A stretch of DNA of 64,000 nucleotides from Octopus bimaculoides (taxonomy: Eukaryota): contig NC_068996.1 of NCBI RefSeq assembly GCF_001194135.2, forward strand, positions 54,981,617 through 55,045,616, in the 5' to 3' direction. Shown piece by piece: positions 1 through 13,078 of the stretch. Below the pieces are notes generated by a model. The model was given only the letters and a program-made list of their open reading frames with translations, was not told where the DNA came from and did no database searches. The translations under genes and the position numbers were made by a program. Within the stretch, counting starts at the first letter, position 1. The number at the start of each line of letters is the position of its first letter.

Positions 1-244
1 ATTCATATTTAAATGAGAATATCTGAGCAAATCTCATTAGTACATTCGTGAAAACACGTGATTATTTGTGTAAACAGTTCAGCTATAGTTTTGTACGACG
101 ATCAACATGTTTTTTTAATTTTGTGAATTTTGGGAGATTTTTTTCCAAATTTGTTCCTGTTGTGTTTTCAAAATTTGTAATCCTGACAAAAAAATGGATA
201 CGAATTTTATTCTGTCAAGCAGCGAGTCAGAATTCGAAGTATTT

Positions 245-1171
245 NNNNNNNNNNNNNNNNNNNNNNNNNNNNNNNNNNNNNNNNNNNNNNNNNNNNNNNN
301 NNNNNNNNNNNNNNNNNNNNNNNNNNNNNNNNNNNNNNNNNNNNNNNNNNNNNNNNNNNNNNNNNNNNNNNNNNNNNNNNNNNNNNNNNNNNNNNNNNNN
401 NNNNNNNNNNNNNNNNNNNNNNNNNNNNNNNNNNNNNNNNNNNNNNNNNNNNNNNNNNNNNNNNNNNNNNNNNNNNNNNNNNNNNNNNNNNNNNNNNNNN
501 NNNNNNNNNNNNNNNNNNNNNNNNNNNNNNNNNNNNNNNNNNNNNNNNNNNNNNNNNNNNNNNNNNNNNNNNNNNNNNNNNNNNNNNNNNNNNNNNNNNN
601 NNNNNNNNNNNNNNNNNNNNNNNNNNNNNNNNNNNNNNNNNNNNNNNNNNNNNNNNNNNNNNNNNNNNNNNNNNNNNNNNNNNNNNNNNNNNNNNNNNNN
701 NNNNNNNNNNNNNNNNNNNNNNNNNNNNNNNNNNNNNNNNNNNNNNNNNNNNNNNNNNNNNNNNNNNNNNNNNNNNNNNNNNNNNNNNNNNNNNNNNNNN
801 NNNNNNNNNNNNNNNNNNNNNNNNNNNNNNNNNNNNNNNNNNNNNNNNNNNNNNNNNNNNNNNNNNNNNNNNNNNNNNNNNNNNNNNNNNNNNNNNNNNN
901 NNNNNNNNNNNNNNNNNNNNNNNNNNNNNNNNNNNNNNNNNNNNNNNNNNNNNNNNNNNNNNNNNNNNNNNNNNNNNNNNNNNNNNNNNNNNNNNNNNNN
1001 NNNNNNNNNNNNNNNNNNNNNNNNNNNNNNNNNNNNNNNNNNNNNNNNNNNNNNNNNNNNNNNNNNNNNNNNNNNNNNNNNNNNNNNNNNNNNNNNNNNN
1101 NNNNNNNNNNNNNNNNNNNNNNNNNNNNNNNNNNNNNNNNNNNNNNNNNNNNNNNNNNNNNNNNNNNNNNN
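245..1171. other. Assembly gap
   Basis: N run. Other gaps: 13464-14156, 29623-30452, 49641-50122, and 10-N gaps at 20258-20267, 42464-42473 and 44722-44731. Confidence 1.
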
Positions 1172-1982
1172 NCAATTGAATATTAGCTAATAACCCATTT
1201 TCTATAGCGATGTTTGAACAAAAATTTAAATAATTTTATATTTTGTTGAATTTACCTGTATTTACCTGTAATTAAAGTCACTTTGTGACAAAAATTTTGG
1301 TATAGAATTGGTTGAGAACCTTTCGTTAATTTATCTTCCAAAAATCACATTAATATGTTGATAAATAAAAAAGTTAGAGTTGTTTAATGAAACCAGCCTA
1401 AATTTATGATTATGTTAGAAATTAATTGAAACACATAAGGGGTGTAATTTGGTTAGAAATATGGTAACGAAAGGGTTAAATATAATTCCACAAATGGCCA
1501 TTTAGACTGTTTCAAGATTAATTTTATATGCCATCCTTCAAAAAAGTAAACTGATGTGAGGAAGAAGATAATGAGTTGAGCCTTGAACTCATGAACCGAG
1601 TTCAAATCCACTTAGGTATTTCTTTCCCTATGATTCGAAATAACTCTGCTCTCTTCTACAGAAATATTAACACTGTTGACTCTAAAGCAGAGACTTTATG
1701 AATCTCTGAGGTTTACAGAAATATTCATTGTTTTTTTTACTGTATCCTTATTTTCTTTAACAAGATCAGTATCACCAACGTTCCTGAAACTAATGTTAAG
1801 TTGTATAAAAAAATTCCCTAAAAGTAGATTAAATTAATAGAAAAATCCATTTTTCTGGTAATATATTAATTAATTCAAAATCTATTACAAAATAGAAGTC
1901 AGTATAATGAGATTACTTGATCTAAAAAATATCTAAAGTATATTTTAATAATTAATCAAGTTATTCAGAGAAATATACTCAC

Positions 1983-2093
1983 TGCTTCAGAATTATCCAC
2001 AAAGGGATCGGTTTCATCATAACCTTCACCAAGATCAACTAAATCTTGGATAGCATCAAGCCGTTTGCTTTGAGGTTTATTGTGCTTGGGTCC
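1983..2093 (-). CDS. UBN1: Ubinuclein coding exon 3 (start of Hpc2-related/HUN domain)
   Basis: ttttcAG|GGACCC...GAAGCA|GTGAGT; 111 nt, phase 0/0. Translates [37 protein letters not shown], matching the HRD signature [21 protein letters not shown]. The next exon was not found, so it lies in gap 245-1171 or left of the window. Confidence 0.92.
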
Positions 2094-3525
2094 CTGAAAA
2101 AAAAAAAATAAATAAATAAAAATTAATACATATTAACTATGCAATAATATTTTTAGTAAAAACATTGAATTCACTAGTAATGTCTCTAACAATAAATTTA
2201 CTAAACAGAAATAAAAGGAAAGAAAAAAAGAGATTGGGAGAGAAAAAAGGTGAGGGCAATTTTAATAAACTTCCTTTTGAATTAATCGAAATCATTTGTA
2301 CATGAACTTATATTTAAAAGAAGGAAAATTTTCTGAGTGTACAAATTTTAAGTATTCTAATATATCACACATAAGCATGGCTGTGCGGTAAGAAGTTTGC
2401 TTCTCAACCACATGGTTTCAGGTTCAGTATTACTGCATGGCTGGAAGTGCAATTGTCTTCTACTATAGCACCTTGTGAGTGGGTTTAATTGATAGAAACT
2501 GAAAGAAGTCCATTGCGTGTATCTCACCTTGCCTTGACATTTAAAATTAGTGTAATAGTCATAAAAGAGATGTCCTTCATTTCCAATCATTGAAAATATA
2601 GGATGAGTAAGACATCTGACCACAGAAAATCTGCTTCAACAAACTCCATCCAACCCATGCAAGCAAGGAAAAGTGGACATTAAAATGATGAACGGTAACA
2701 CATACATATGTCTATTCGTTCATCATTCTCATCCACATCGGAATAGGTTAGACAAAAACTTACATACAGTCAGCCAGACTCTCTTCCTATTGCTATCCCT
2801 TAATTATTTTACAAGTCAAGTATTTTCCATTTCACTCGCCCTGATATGTGGACAACAAGAAAAACACTCAACTGTGCAATTTTTGTTTTTCTGATGAACA
2901 AAAACAACATAACTGATTTTGTCCAAATAGTGTTAAAAGTAGATACATGGAATCAACATTCACACAAACAAGACAACCTTCCACTTGTTTTCATTCACCC
3001 ATTCCAATTACAGTGCATTGGTCAGCCCAATGCTATAGTAGAAGACACTACTTCAAAATGATACCCACAGCATGACTGAACCCCGAACCAACATAACAAT
3101 AGTCTTTGTAACCACATTGCCGCAGATGCAAAAATGGCTATAGAAGTGTTGCCTGGAAAAAAAGTGTACTAGGATGAAAAATGTAGGGACAGAATCTGGG
3201 AATATTTTGAAGTAATGAACGTGGAAAAGTACAGAACAAGCAATAATTAAGCCTGGAAAAGTATACAAAAGGCAAGAAAAACTTAGGGATAAAACATTTC
3301 TCTCCAATTTTTAGTACTGTATTATTTAAATTTTATTTTCTTAACAAAACTCATTATCCAAATATTTTAAATCACAGATATTGTGTTATAAAATTAAACT
3401 CAGAAGAGGCGTAGTGGTATCATAGGAAGGTTAACAGAGAAAGTTATCTTTGTTAGCGACAGAGGTGGTTTCAGTCAGGTTGGTATAAAAAGGGTTACGG
3501 ATTGTTTCTCTAGGATATATTTTAA

Positions 3526-3737
3526 CCCTTTTGTTACCATATTTCTGTTGAGATGTTCTGTGTTTCTTTCAATTAATTTTAGATATAACAAAGAATTTAG
3601 TAAAATAACTTAGTTATCATTCAGCTAGTGTTAGGAACATAAATTGTGACTAAGGTTTGGTGGAAGATTTTAATTCAGAACTTATGAAAACAAGACATTT
3701 GTACTGCAAAACCAGAGGCAGATTGGCATCAAAAGGG
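3526..3737. mobile_element. piggyBac-like MITE (TTAA|CCC...GGG|TTAA)
   Basis: TTAA at 3522-3525 and 3738-3741 flanking cccttttgttaccat...atcaaaaggg. Related or similar elements at 1194-1475, 48689-48908, 53484-53591, 59650-59840 and 63289-63499. Confidence 0.8.
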
Positions 3738-3768
3738 TTAACATAGTTTTACTTTGGGGCAATTACTC

Positions 3769-3810
<42 letters not shown>

Positions 3811-6029
3811 ATGGTACCTTGGGCAAGTATCTTCTACTATAGCTTCGGGTTGTGTGTGTACATGCATATTTGAGTTTGTCCCCCACCACTGCCTGACAAC
3901 CAGTGTTGGGTATGTTTACATCCCCATGACTTATCAGTTCAGCAAAAGAGTGATTGAATAAATACTAGGCTTTAAAAAATGAGGGCATTCTTTTGTTAGT
4001 AGCAGCAAACTTGTCAAAAACAGCTGTTCTTGTTTGTTAATTTCCGTAAATTTTTTTTTTTATTTCTTTACTCTTCTTTGAGGGGTGAGCAAAAATTGAA
4101 AGAGAAGATCGTGAAAATGCGATATTTGCTTTGAAGTGCAAGCAGGAAGTTGAGAAAGTGAAAGATGTATGTACATGTATATGAAATGGACATGAATATG
4201 TGTGAGAGAGAGAGAGAGAAAAAGAGAGTGTGAGTGAGCGAGGTGTGTGTTGTCATGTATGCATTTTTTGCATGTATATGTAAGCACTCACTTGCTTTCT
4301 CACATACACACACAAACACACATCTTTCATATACATGTACATACATAAATACATATGCATACATCTTTTTTGTATACGTGTGCAAGTGTGTGTGTGTGTG
4401 TGTAAGTGTCACTCACACACTCACACACACACACACACACACACACAAAAGATGCATGTATGTACGTGTATATTAAAAAATGAGAATTCTTTACAGAAAT
4501 TAATGAACAAAACTGCTGTTATTTCTGACAAGTCTATTGCTAGAAATGAAAGAATGCCAAAATAAGAACTGATGTTGATTCATTCAACTAAGATTCTTCA
4601 AGGTGGTGCCCCAGCATGGCCACAGATTAATGGCTGAAACAAGTAAAAGACACACACACACACAGCTCATCATCATGTGTTGTGGTTTTTCCATTTTTCT
4701 TTCAATTTATTTTGTCACTTCTTCACTTCCATAGTGAGATAGAACATACTCTAAATTCTCACTTTCTTTAGAATTATTTTTTACATTTTCATGTGAAACA
4801 TTTGAGATTGAACAATGGGTTTTTTTCCCCCTCAGGAAATGTATTGTGAAATGTTTGATTAAACTATTTAAAAGAAATGAAGGAAACCAAAAATGCAAAC
4901 GAATATAATCTCTGGAGCTTCAATAAAATTACAACACACATCAGATGTATGTAGTAACACTATAGAAACAAGGGAAGTGTGTATGTACATGGTAATCACT
5001 CATCTCCATTTCAATAAATGATTTAATTTTATTAATGTCTCTTTCTTTGTGATAATATTAAATATATCTCTCATCTTACAGGATTTCAATCTTCACCAAG
5101 ACTCATTGAATTAATTTCCCATGCAAATTGAAGAACAACTGTATATATACGCTTATATACATAAAATCACATTTATGCTGATATGTATGGCTGACATCAT
5201 CCACAAGTTCACGTTACAATGTATAACAATGCAATACATCTGTATAGATATACAAATATATTCATACACATGTACATTCAAATACACAAACATACAAATG
5301 CATTCATAAAAACAGTAAGCAACATTAACATAGTGTACAGCAAAGTGCATTATTTAATCACACAAATTATACCATTTAACTTGGATAATGAAGATAGATT
5401 TTGGCCCTTATTGGTCAAAATCTATAACTTAATAACCACCACTTTGAATAGTCTTCCTTTTAAGTCATATCTTAAAAACATTACACGCCATCCATTGTTT
5501 GTTAAATGGCATCCCAGTGTTGATGATCTGTCTTTTTTCCTTTGATTTACTTTAGAATAACGGTGAATAATAAGGCTGGACCAGTCGAGATAAAAAAAAT
5601 CGTGTTAGGATGTTATTTGATTTTTGCCATGAGAGTGAGTTATATGGCATGGGAATGATACAATGAGTGAGTTGTGAAAATGATACCATCATTTATACAT
5701 TGTTAATGGAATATTTTCCCCATTATACAAATAATGTGGCTGGAGAGAATAAAACCCAAGAATATTAAGGTGATTCCAATACTCAAGGATTCGTCTATGG
5801 AGTGTCTAAATTCTCATAAAGTCTTTTGTGGAAAAGACCATTGTGGCTGACAATATTCAAAATCTACCCAGGCAAACATAGAGAATAGAAGGGTGGTGGT
5901 ATCAGGTCCTTGTGCCACCAGCCCTAGTGAATCTCCCTTTTCATTTTAAAACACACACACATACACACTCACGGTCAGTTCAGATAACTGCATTTCATAT
6001 CTACAATTTCAGAAATAATTTCACAGTTT

Positions 6030-6620
6030 ATCAGTTTATCTTTTATCTTTCACATGCGTTGACTGTGGGCATGTTGGGGCACCATCTTTAAGGGTTTAGT
6101 CACACAAACTGCCCCTAGTATGAATTTTTAAACTTGGTACTTATTCGTATCAATGTCTTTTGCTGAAGTACTAAGTTACAGGGACATAAACCAACACTGA
6201 TTATTGGGTGGGGAGCAAGACATGCACACATAAAATGGGCTTCTTTCACTCTCCATCTACCAAATCCACTCACAAGGCTTTGGTCAGCAAGGGATATAGT
6301 AGAAGACAATTGCCCAAAGTACCATCCAATGAAAGTGAATCTGGAACCATGTGCTTGGGAATCAAGCTTCTTACCACACAGCCATGCTTATATTAATTTA
6401 CTTGTTTCAGTCATTTGACTACAGCCATGCTGGAGCACAGCCTTTAGTCAAACAAATTGACCTCAGGACTTATTTTTGTAAGCCTAGAACTTATTCCACC
6501 AGTATCTTTTGCTGAACCGCTAAGTTACAGGGATGTAAACACACCAACTGATTGTGAAGCAGTGGTGGGGGGACAAGTACAGACACACACACATATATAC
6601 ATACACATACATACATACGG
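6030..6620 (-). mobile_element. Two adjacent SINE family A copies
   Basis: ~6030-6390 near complete, ~6405-6620 3' part. Further copies or fragments occur at ~2375-2520, 3800-3970, 7830-7985, 14500-14970, 15120-15260, 23420-23720, 31080-31290, 33185-33540 and 46870-47180. Confidence 0.8.
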
Positions 6621-6635
6621 ACACATAAAAGGTCC

Positions 6636-7772
6636 AGCAATATCAAAAGAAGGTTAACCGGGAAAATAGTTTTTGTGTAGCAGATGCACTGGGGCAATAA
6701 ACACTGAAGATGTACAGAAAACAGATTCCATCACATGCTAAGGGGAAGAAACTAGATGTACTTAATAGCCTCTGTAACCTAGGCAATCAAGTCTGTAGTA
6801 GGGGTGGTTGCTCTGATAGTGTAGTGACTAGAGTAAGAATAACTTGGGCAAAGTTCAAGGAGCTCCTACCTCTGCTGACAACTAAGGGCCTCTCACTCAG
6901 GGTGAAAGGTAGACTATAACATGCATATGTGCAAACTGCCATGCTACATGGCAGTGAAACATGGACCATGAATGCTGAGGACATGCGTGGGCTTGAAAGA
7001 AATGAAGCTAGTATGCTCTGCTGGATGTGTAATGTCAGTGTTCACACAGGACAGAGTATGAGCGTCCTGAGAGAAAAGTTGGACGTAAGAAACAGCAGAT
7101 GTGGTGTACAGGAGAGACAACTGTGCTGGTATGGTCATGTGTTACGTATGGATTAGAACAGCTGTGTGAGGAAGTGTCATTCCCTAACTGTATAAAGAAC
7201 ATTTGGAAGAGGTAGACCGAGGAAGCATGACCTTCGAACATTGGGCCTCATAAAGGCAATGACAGGAGACTGGAACCTTTGTAGATGCACTGTGATGGAG
7301 AAGGCCCGGCAACTAAAGTGAGATTGCAGCTACGCATGTCCAGCCCTGTTAAGAATACTCCTGATGTGTTGGGCGATATGATATGCTTGAGAAGACTTGT
7401 TGAGTCAAGTGAAACCAATAATGTAGCTGGGGCCGGTGCCCACTGGCTGGCTCCCGTGCCGATGGCAAGTAAAAAGCACCATCCGAACATGGTCGATGCC
7501 AGGTCCGCCTGACTGGCTCCTGTGCAAATGGCACATAAAAAGCACCATCTGAACACGATTGTTGCCAGGCCCACCCTACTGGCTCCTGTGCCAGTGGCAC
7601 GTAAAAAGCACTCACTACACTCTTGGAGTGGTTGGCGTTAGAAAGGACATCCAGCTGCAGAAACATTGCCAGATCAGACTGGAGCCTGGTGTAGCTGCTT
7701 GCTCTCCAGACCTCAGTCAAACTGCCGAACCCATGCCAGCATGGAAAACGGACGTTAATTGATGATGATGAT
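6636..7772 (+). mobile_element. RTE-clade LINE, 5'-truncated
   Basis: Degenerate ORF2 3' end (LDVLNSLCNLG...RVRITWAKFKELLPLLTTKGLSLRVKGRL, AMLHGSETW, LCWYGHV), 3' UTR with GC-rich subrepeats, ggacatccagctg motif and (GAT)n tail. Confidence 0.9.
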
Positions 7773-8032
7773 ACATACATCTACATACATACATATATGT
7801 ACACATGCATATATGTACACACACACACGACAGGCTTTTTCCAGTTTCCGTCTACCAAATCCACTCACAAGGCTTTGGTTGGCTTGAGGCTGTAGTTCAC
7901 ACTCACCCAAAGTGCCATGCAGTGGGACTGAACCCGGAACCTAGTGGTTGAGAAGCAAGTTTCTTACCACACAACCACTCCTGCATCTATACATTAATAT
8001 TTAAAAAATAAAAATGGTAAATAGATACTCAC

Positions 8033-8131
8033 ATATCTTTCTTCAAAGGATTTTGCTAAAGCCACCAATCTTTCATTTTCATTCTGATCTTCAAGGTCAA
8101 AATCATTTGGGTCAGTATTTTTACAATCTCC
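8033..8131 (-). CDS. UBN1: Ubinuclein coding exon 2
   Basis: ttttccAG|GGAGAT...AGATAT|GTGAGT; 99 nt, phase 0/0. Translates GDCKNTDPNDFDLEDQNENERLVALAKSFEERY (cf. UBN1 [24 protein letters not shown]). A small additional exon within the 19-kb intron 1 cannot be excluded. Confidence 0.88.
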
Positions 8132-8890
8132 CTGGAAAATGTACATTAAATGGAAATGTAAGTTTTTTATTTTTTTAATTTATTAAAAACATAAACAAAT
8201 ATTAAAAAAAACGAACAATAAATCATGAAAGCTTCATATATCTAATCTCATCTTAAAAAAGGATTACACAAAATAATTGTGTTCACAGAATTCCAAAAAA
8301 GGAAGGAAATAATGAAAAAAAAAAAATCTCCAGAAAACTACAATAAGCAGTGCATTCAATGATAATTTTCATTATACTATAATCCTTTCTACTATAGGCA
8401 CAAGGCCTGAAATTTGGGGGGAGGGGACTAGTTGATTATATTGACCCCAGTGTTTCACTGGTACTTAATTTATCAACCCCCAATAGGATGAAAGGTAAAG
8501 TCAATCTTGCCAGAATTTAAACTCAGAACGTAGCAACAGACAAAATACCACCAAGCACTTTGCCCGGCATGCTAACGATTCTGCCAGCTCCCCCCTCCGC
8601 CTTTCTGTCATATTTAATAATGATAGTTGTATTCACAGTGATTAATATAAACTGATACAGGAATTTACAGATTTTAAGAATAATGTTGGCAAAAAAGAGA
8701 ACGAAGATGAATTGATAATGAGGAACATTGAGTAGAGGTAATGATAAAAATATTAATGAATATACAAAATGAGAACATTTCTAGTAGCATGGGAGGATAA
8801 TAGGTTGAATATCCTCTATGAATATGTTGAAAAGTTTTTCAATATCATTGTGGAGTGATGGGATTTCAGAGCTTTTCCATTGAAAAGGTT

Positions 8891-9527
8891 GGATCCATTT
8901 CAAAACGGGGGCACCAGTATTTTCTTAACGAAACACTAACGAAACACTTTGAAACTTGGGACACTGGTAGAATGTGTCATATAAAACATCTTTTACTCTT
9001 AGTCTTCTTAACAAAAAAACGTACATCGCAAGTTATTCCATGTTAAAGTTGTCGTATTTCTGTAATTTCAACCAATCACGGACGTCTATTCAGCTGAATA
9101 GAGTTACTGCTGGGCGGTCATAAAAATGTTATTCCCTGTGACATATTTCATCCGGTTCAATCGTAATTTATACGCATATATTGTTTATATAATAAATTAC
9201 GCTGTGCGTATCTATGTGTGTAACAATTTTAGAGTTCGGATTCTAGAGTTAGGGTTAGGGTTACGGTTAACAGTCTAGTTAGGGTTAGGGGATTAATACG
9301 ATATACACCGTTACAGTGCTAACTGTTTTCAACTGAATAGACGTCAGTGATTAGTAGAAATTATCGAAATAAGACAATTTTTTACATGAAATAAATCCGA
9401 ATACAAAAATTTTTTTCTGTTCTATAACACAAAATAGATAAGTATACGAAGTTTGAAAGTCTTTCGGTACCAAAAACACTACTTAAAACATAAATGAAAA
9501 CTGGTGCCCCCGTTTTGAAATAGATCC
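8891..9527. mobile_element. Merlin-like MITE (GG...CC TIR, 8-bp TSD) with internal TTAGGG repeats
   Basis: TSD aaaaggtt at 8883-8890 and 9528-9535; TIR ggatccatttcaaaacgggggcaccag / ctggtgcccccgttttgaaatagatcc. Superfamily assignment is inferred from TIR/TSD pattern. Confidence 0.85.
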
Positions 9528-10642
9528 AAAAGGTTTGCTGTACTCCACATATGCTTAATCTCTAGATAGCATATTCCAATTAAAACAAAAATGTATCAAA
9601 CTCTCCCTTTAACAATCAAATGCATGAAAGTAAAGAAATTTGCATCCTACTAGCTTCCTTAGAAGGCATATGAAAATAAAATCTGAATCTGGAGGGGTTT
9701 GTAGTCACAGATTTAGAATTATTAGTGGTAATAATTATACACAGATTCACTACACCCTTTGCACAATGCCTGCAATTAGAAACTAGTTCAAAGTCACGAT
9801 TCAGTAATGTAAGATTAGAATAAAGGATTTCATATGATATGTACAAGTGTAGTTTTGTCAGAGATACAATTTTGCAGTTCAGATTACTAGGTGTTTTTAG
9901 ACATTGAAGAAGACCCAACATCAATAAAGACATATCAACTTTTACAGTTTTTATTCTCTATATTTTTTGAAAATTTGACTTAAGCTTGTGCAAGAAAAGG
10001 TATTTTGGTATTTGCGGGGGAAAATAGGCTTCTTTGTGAATTTAAAGAAATTAGTTACAAAGAAATAGTTCAAGGAATAGGACAAGAGTTATGGGGAAAC
10101 AACTCAGACTTTTAGAGTTAGGGGAAATTACAAGGTTAAATGAGTAGATAAAAATGTAAAAATTTAGACCAAATGCAAACTAAAATATAAAGAGATAAAA
10201 TACATTGTTCCCTCCCCTCAATTATAGATACATACACACACACACATATTTTTGTCTGTATTTATGTACAAATGTGTCAACAGCATTCTTGTTGAAGAAT
10301 AATGTACTCCACAAAAAGTATTGGATAATTCTTCAGTTTAATGTAAAATTGTTAGCTGCAGTTTTCAGGGAGTGTACACTTGCTAGAACCTAATTTCTCA
10401 AGAAGAAAAATCCGCACTAGGATTTAAAACTTCCAAAAATTGTTTGACATTACTTGTGGGAGAATTTGGTCCCAGTAATATGAAATTAAAACTCCTACTC
10501 ATACATGCGGCGAGAAAATCCATGGCTTTTGAAGGCTTACTCAAAGTTTAATCTACTTCTGATTTAGCATTCAAACAAGAGACATGGATGACAAAGAGTC
10601 TTCACAAAGAGTGGTTTATGAACATTTTTTTTAGTTTTTAAT

Positions 10643-10683
<41 letters not shown>

Positions 10684-11099
10684 GTATAGGCAAGGGAGAA
10701 TTATGCATCCAGATACACACACACACGGTTCATCCTCATCAGCTTTAGTAAAGAACATCAGCCTATAACATACACACAGTGGGATCATACCACTAATGGG
10801 GTTCAAACATCTTGACCACATAGCCCTACCTGCACGTGTAATATTGTGCCAATGTACATATTAATTTCAAATTTTGGCACAGCCAGCAAGTTTGGGGGTA
10901 AGTCAATGACATCAACCCATGTTCAACTAGTACTGTATCGACTCCCAAAAGAGTGAAAGGCAAAGAATTACCTCAGTGGAATTTGAATATAAAGACGGAC
11001 AAAATGCCGACGAGCATTTTGCCCAGCACACTAACGATTCTGCCAAACGACGTATAGACACACATACATATGCACAACATCATTTACTGTTTGTCGTCC

Positions 11100-12070
11100 A
11101 TGCGGAATTAAATGTCATGGGATGATATATCACAAACTGCATGACCTTGGTATTAGGGGAATGGCTAAACCAGACAGCCTCACTCAACAGCTACACTGAT
11201 GATACAAAAACATCACAAGCAGACCAGAACCTAAATGATATTTTAAAACTATAAAAAAGATTCAAATACAATATACTAGTGGGTTGAAGAAAACAAGCAG
11301 TTCAATTCTGCCAAGTTTCAAGCACTCCAATATCAAACCACAAACAGAATACAAAAGACAGAGGGTACTGCAATCTCAGTGTCAAAGTTGGTGTGTGACC
11401 TGGGAATCCACATGAGTAATGATGCATCATTCCATGTGCATATTACTACGATGGCAATAATGTGCTGGCAACTGACTGGTAGGATCCCGAGATCCTTCAG
11501 AACAGAAAAATGAAACCATGTTGCCCTTATGGAGAACATTCATGTTCTGACACTTATGTTACTGCTCCTAATTATGGTTGCCAAAAAGTATCCACTTAAC
11601 AAAACTAGAGGCAAGCCAATGCCACTACACCAAGATTGCCTCAATGCAACAGATGAGCTACTGGGAGAGGCTAAAAGAGCCAAGACTACTTTCCAGAGAG
11701 AAGACATGAAGGACATGCAACGGTGTGTGTGTGTGTGTGCACGCAGGGAAGATCCTACAAAGTTTAGCCCCCAACTTTGGTAAAGAAGGCTATACCAAAC
11801 TTTGGATTGAACTACACTGCACAGTACCAAAGATCTCACCCTCTCTATCTGCCTACTAAAGAGAGTAAGGACACAATACAGTAGTTACAGCCTACGGTTT
11901 AGAGGCCCACAACTTTTCAATACTTTGCCAAAGAGCACCAGAGATCCAGAAGCAGATATTAAAGAATACTTAGACAAATTTTTAATCTTTTAGACCTGAT
12001 GAGCCCACAGCAAGAAATGCAAAGAGCAACTCTGTCCAAACTTGCTACTTCAACTGATTTCAGAGAGAAG
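11100..12070 (+). mobile_element. CR1-like LINE 3' ORF2 relic
   Basis: Degenerate G.ILRSFRTE..ETMLPLWRTF...LCYCS.LWLP and SMQQMSYWERLK motifs typical of the CR1-group C-terminal region; many stops. Confidence 0.65.
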
Positions 12071-12181
12071 GCAGGGAAATGAGTCTAAAACAAATACTAA
12101 CACTAATGGTAATTCCCCAGTGTGGTTACAGCCTCAGGTTAAAACCAATGAAAGAATGTGTTTATGAAAAATATAATATAT

Positions 12182-13003
12182 GTAGGCATAAGAGTGGCTG
12201 TGTGGTAAGTAGCTTGCGAGTAGGTCTACATGGCCTCCGCAGGTTATAAATGACAACATAATGACAAAAGTCACGGAAAAATATAACCACCAAGATTTCT
12301 TTTACCTCACCGCAAATTCAAGCCTAACAATAGACACTTGTTTGGCAGGGGCAGCATATCTGCTTGTGGAGGGGTGGAATGAGGAAAATTATGATATTTT
12401 TAATTGTTAATATATTGAAATTGTGTAAAAATTGTAATTTTAAAAGGGGGGGAAAAAAAGAACAATGTTTTCGAGGGGTTATCAGTCGGCGGGCGCTGGT
12501 GCCTCTCTCATTATTTGTTTCATCCTTATCACCCTCATATCATTAATGTCCAGCTACTTTATGTTTGTCTGTCTGTCTGTCCCCTCTATATAACGCTGTT
12601 AATGGCGAAATTTATTGAAATAAAGTAGCTTGCTTACCAACCACATGGTTCCAGGTTCAGTCCCACTGCATGGCACCTTGGGCAAGTGTCTTCTACTATA
12701 GCCTCGGGCCGACCAAAAGCCTTGTGAGTGGATTTGGTAGACAGAAATTGAAAGAAGCCCGTCGTATATATGTATATATATATATATGTATGTATGTATA
12801 TGTGTTTACGTCCCTGTGTTTGTCCTCCCACCATCGCTTGACAACTGATGCTGGTGTGTTTACGTCCCTGTGAATTAGCAGTTCAGCAAAAGCGACTGAT
12901 AGAATAAGTACTAGGCTTACAAAGATTAAGTCCCGGGGTCGATTTACTCAACTAAAGGCAGTGCTCCAACATGACCACAGTCAAATGACTGAAACAAGTA
13001 AAA
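12182..13003 (+). mobile_element. SINE family A, interrupted by a 405-bp insertion (12218-12622)
   Basis: Head at 12182-12217 resumes at 12623 (aagtagcttgcttaccaaccacatgg...) and runs to ...gactgaaacaagtaaaa. Confidence 0.9.
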
Positions 13004-13078
13004 TAGTATATAAATAGAGTACACACACAGATGTCTTGATAATCTTTGGAAACTAAGGAATAATTTTGGATTATAATA

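Noticed and set aside
48-1190. Long ORFs at 48-1190, 194-1186, 207-1175, 13360-14184, 29604-30458 and 49581-50219
   Set aside because: They run through N gaps. Only the mariner N-terminus at 13250-13463 is real coding-derived sequence. MDTNFILSSSESEFEVF (194-244) could be a transposase start but is too short to call.
1744-1794. Acceptor-like tttcAG downstream of UBN exon 3
   Set aside because: The phase-0 frame hits a stop at once (GAA CGT TGG TGA) and no YDEL...GGFYIN motif is present.
4060-4565. His/Thr- or Val/Cys/Tyr/Ile-rich ORFs (also ~14711-15180, 31800-32088, 46826-47214)
   Set aside because: Translations of (CA)n/(TA)n microsatellites.
9616-9933. 105-aa minus-strand ORF in UBN intron 1
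   Set aside because: No recognisable motif and no consistent splice sites or phase fit with UBN.
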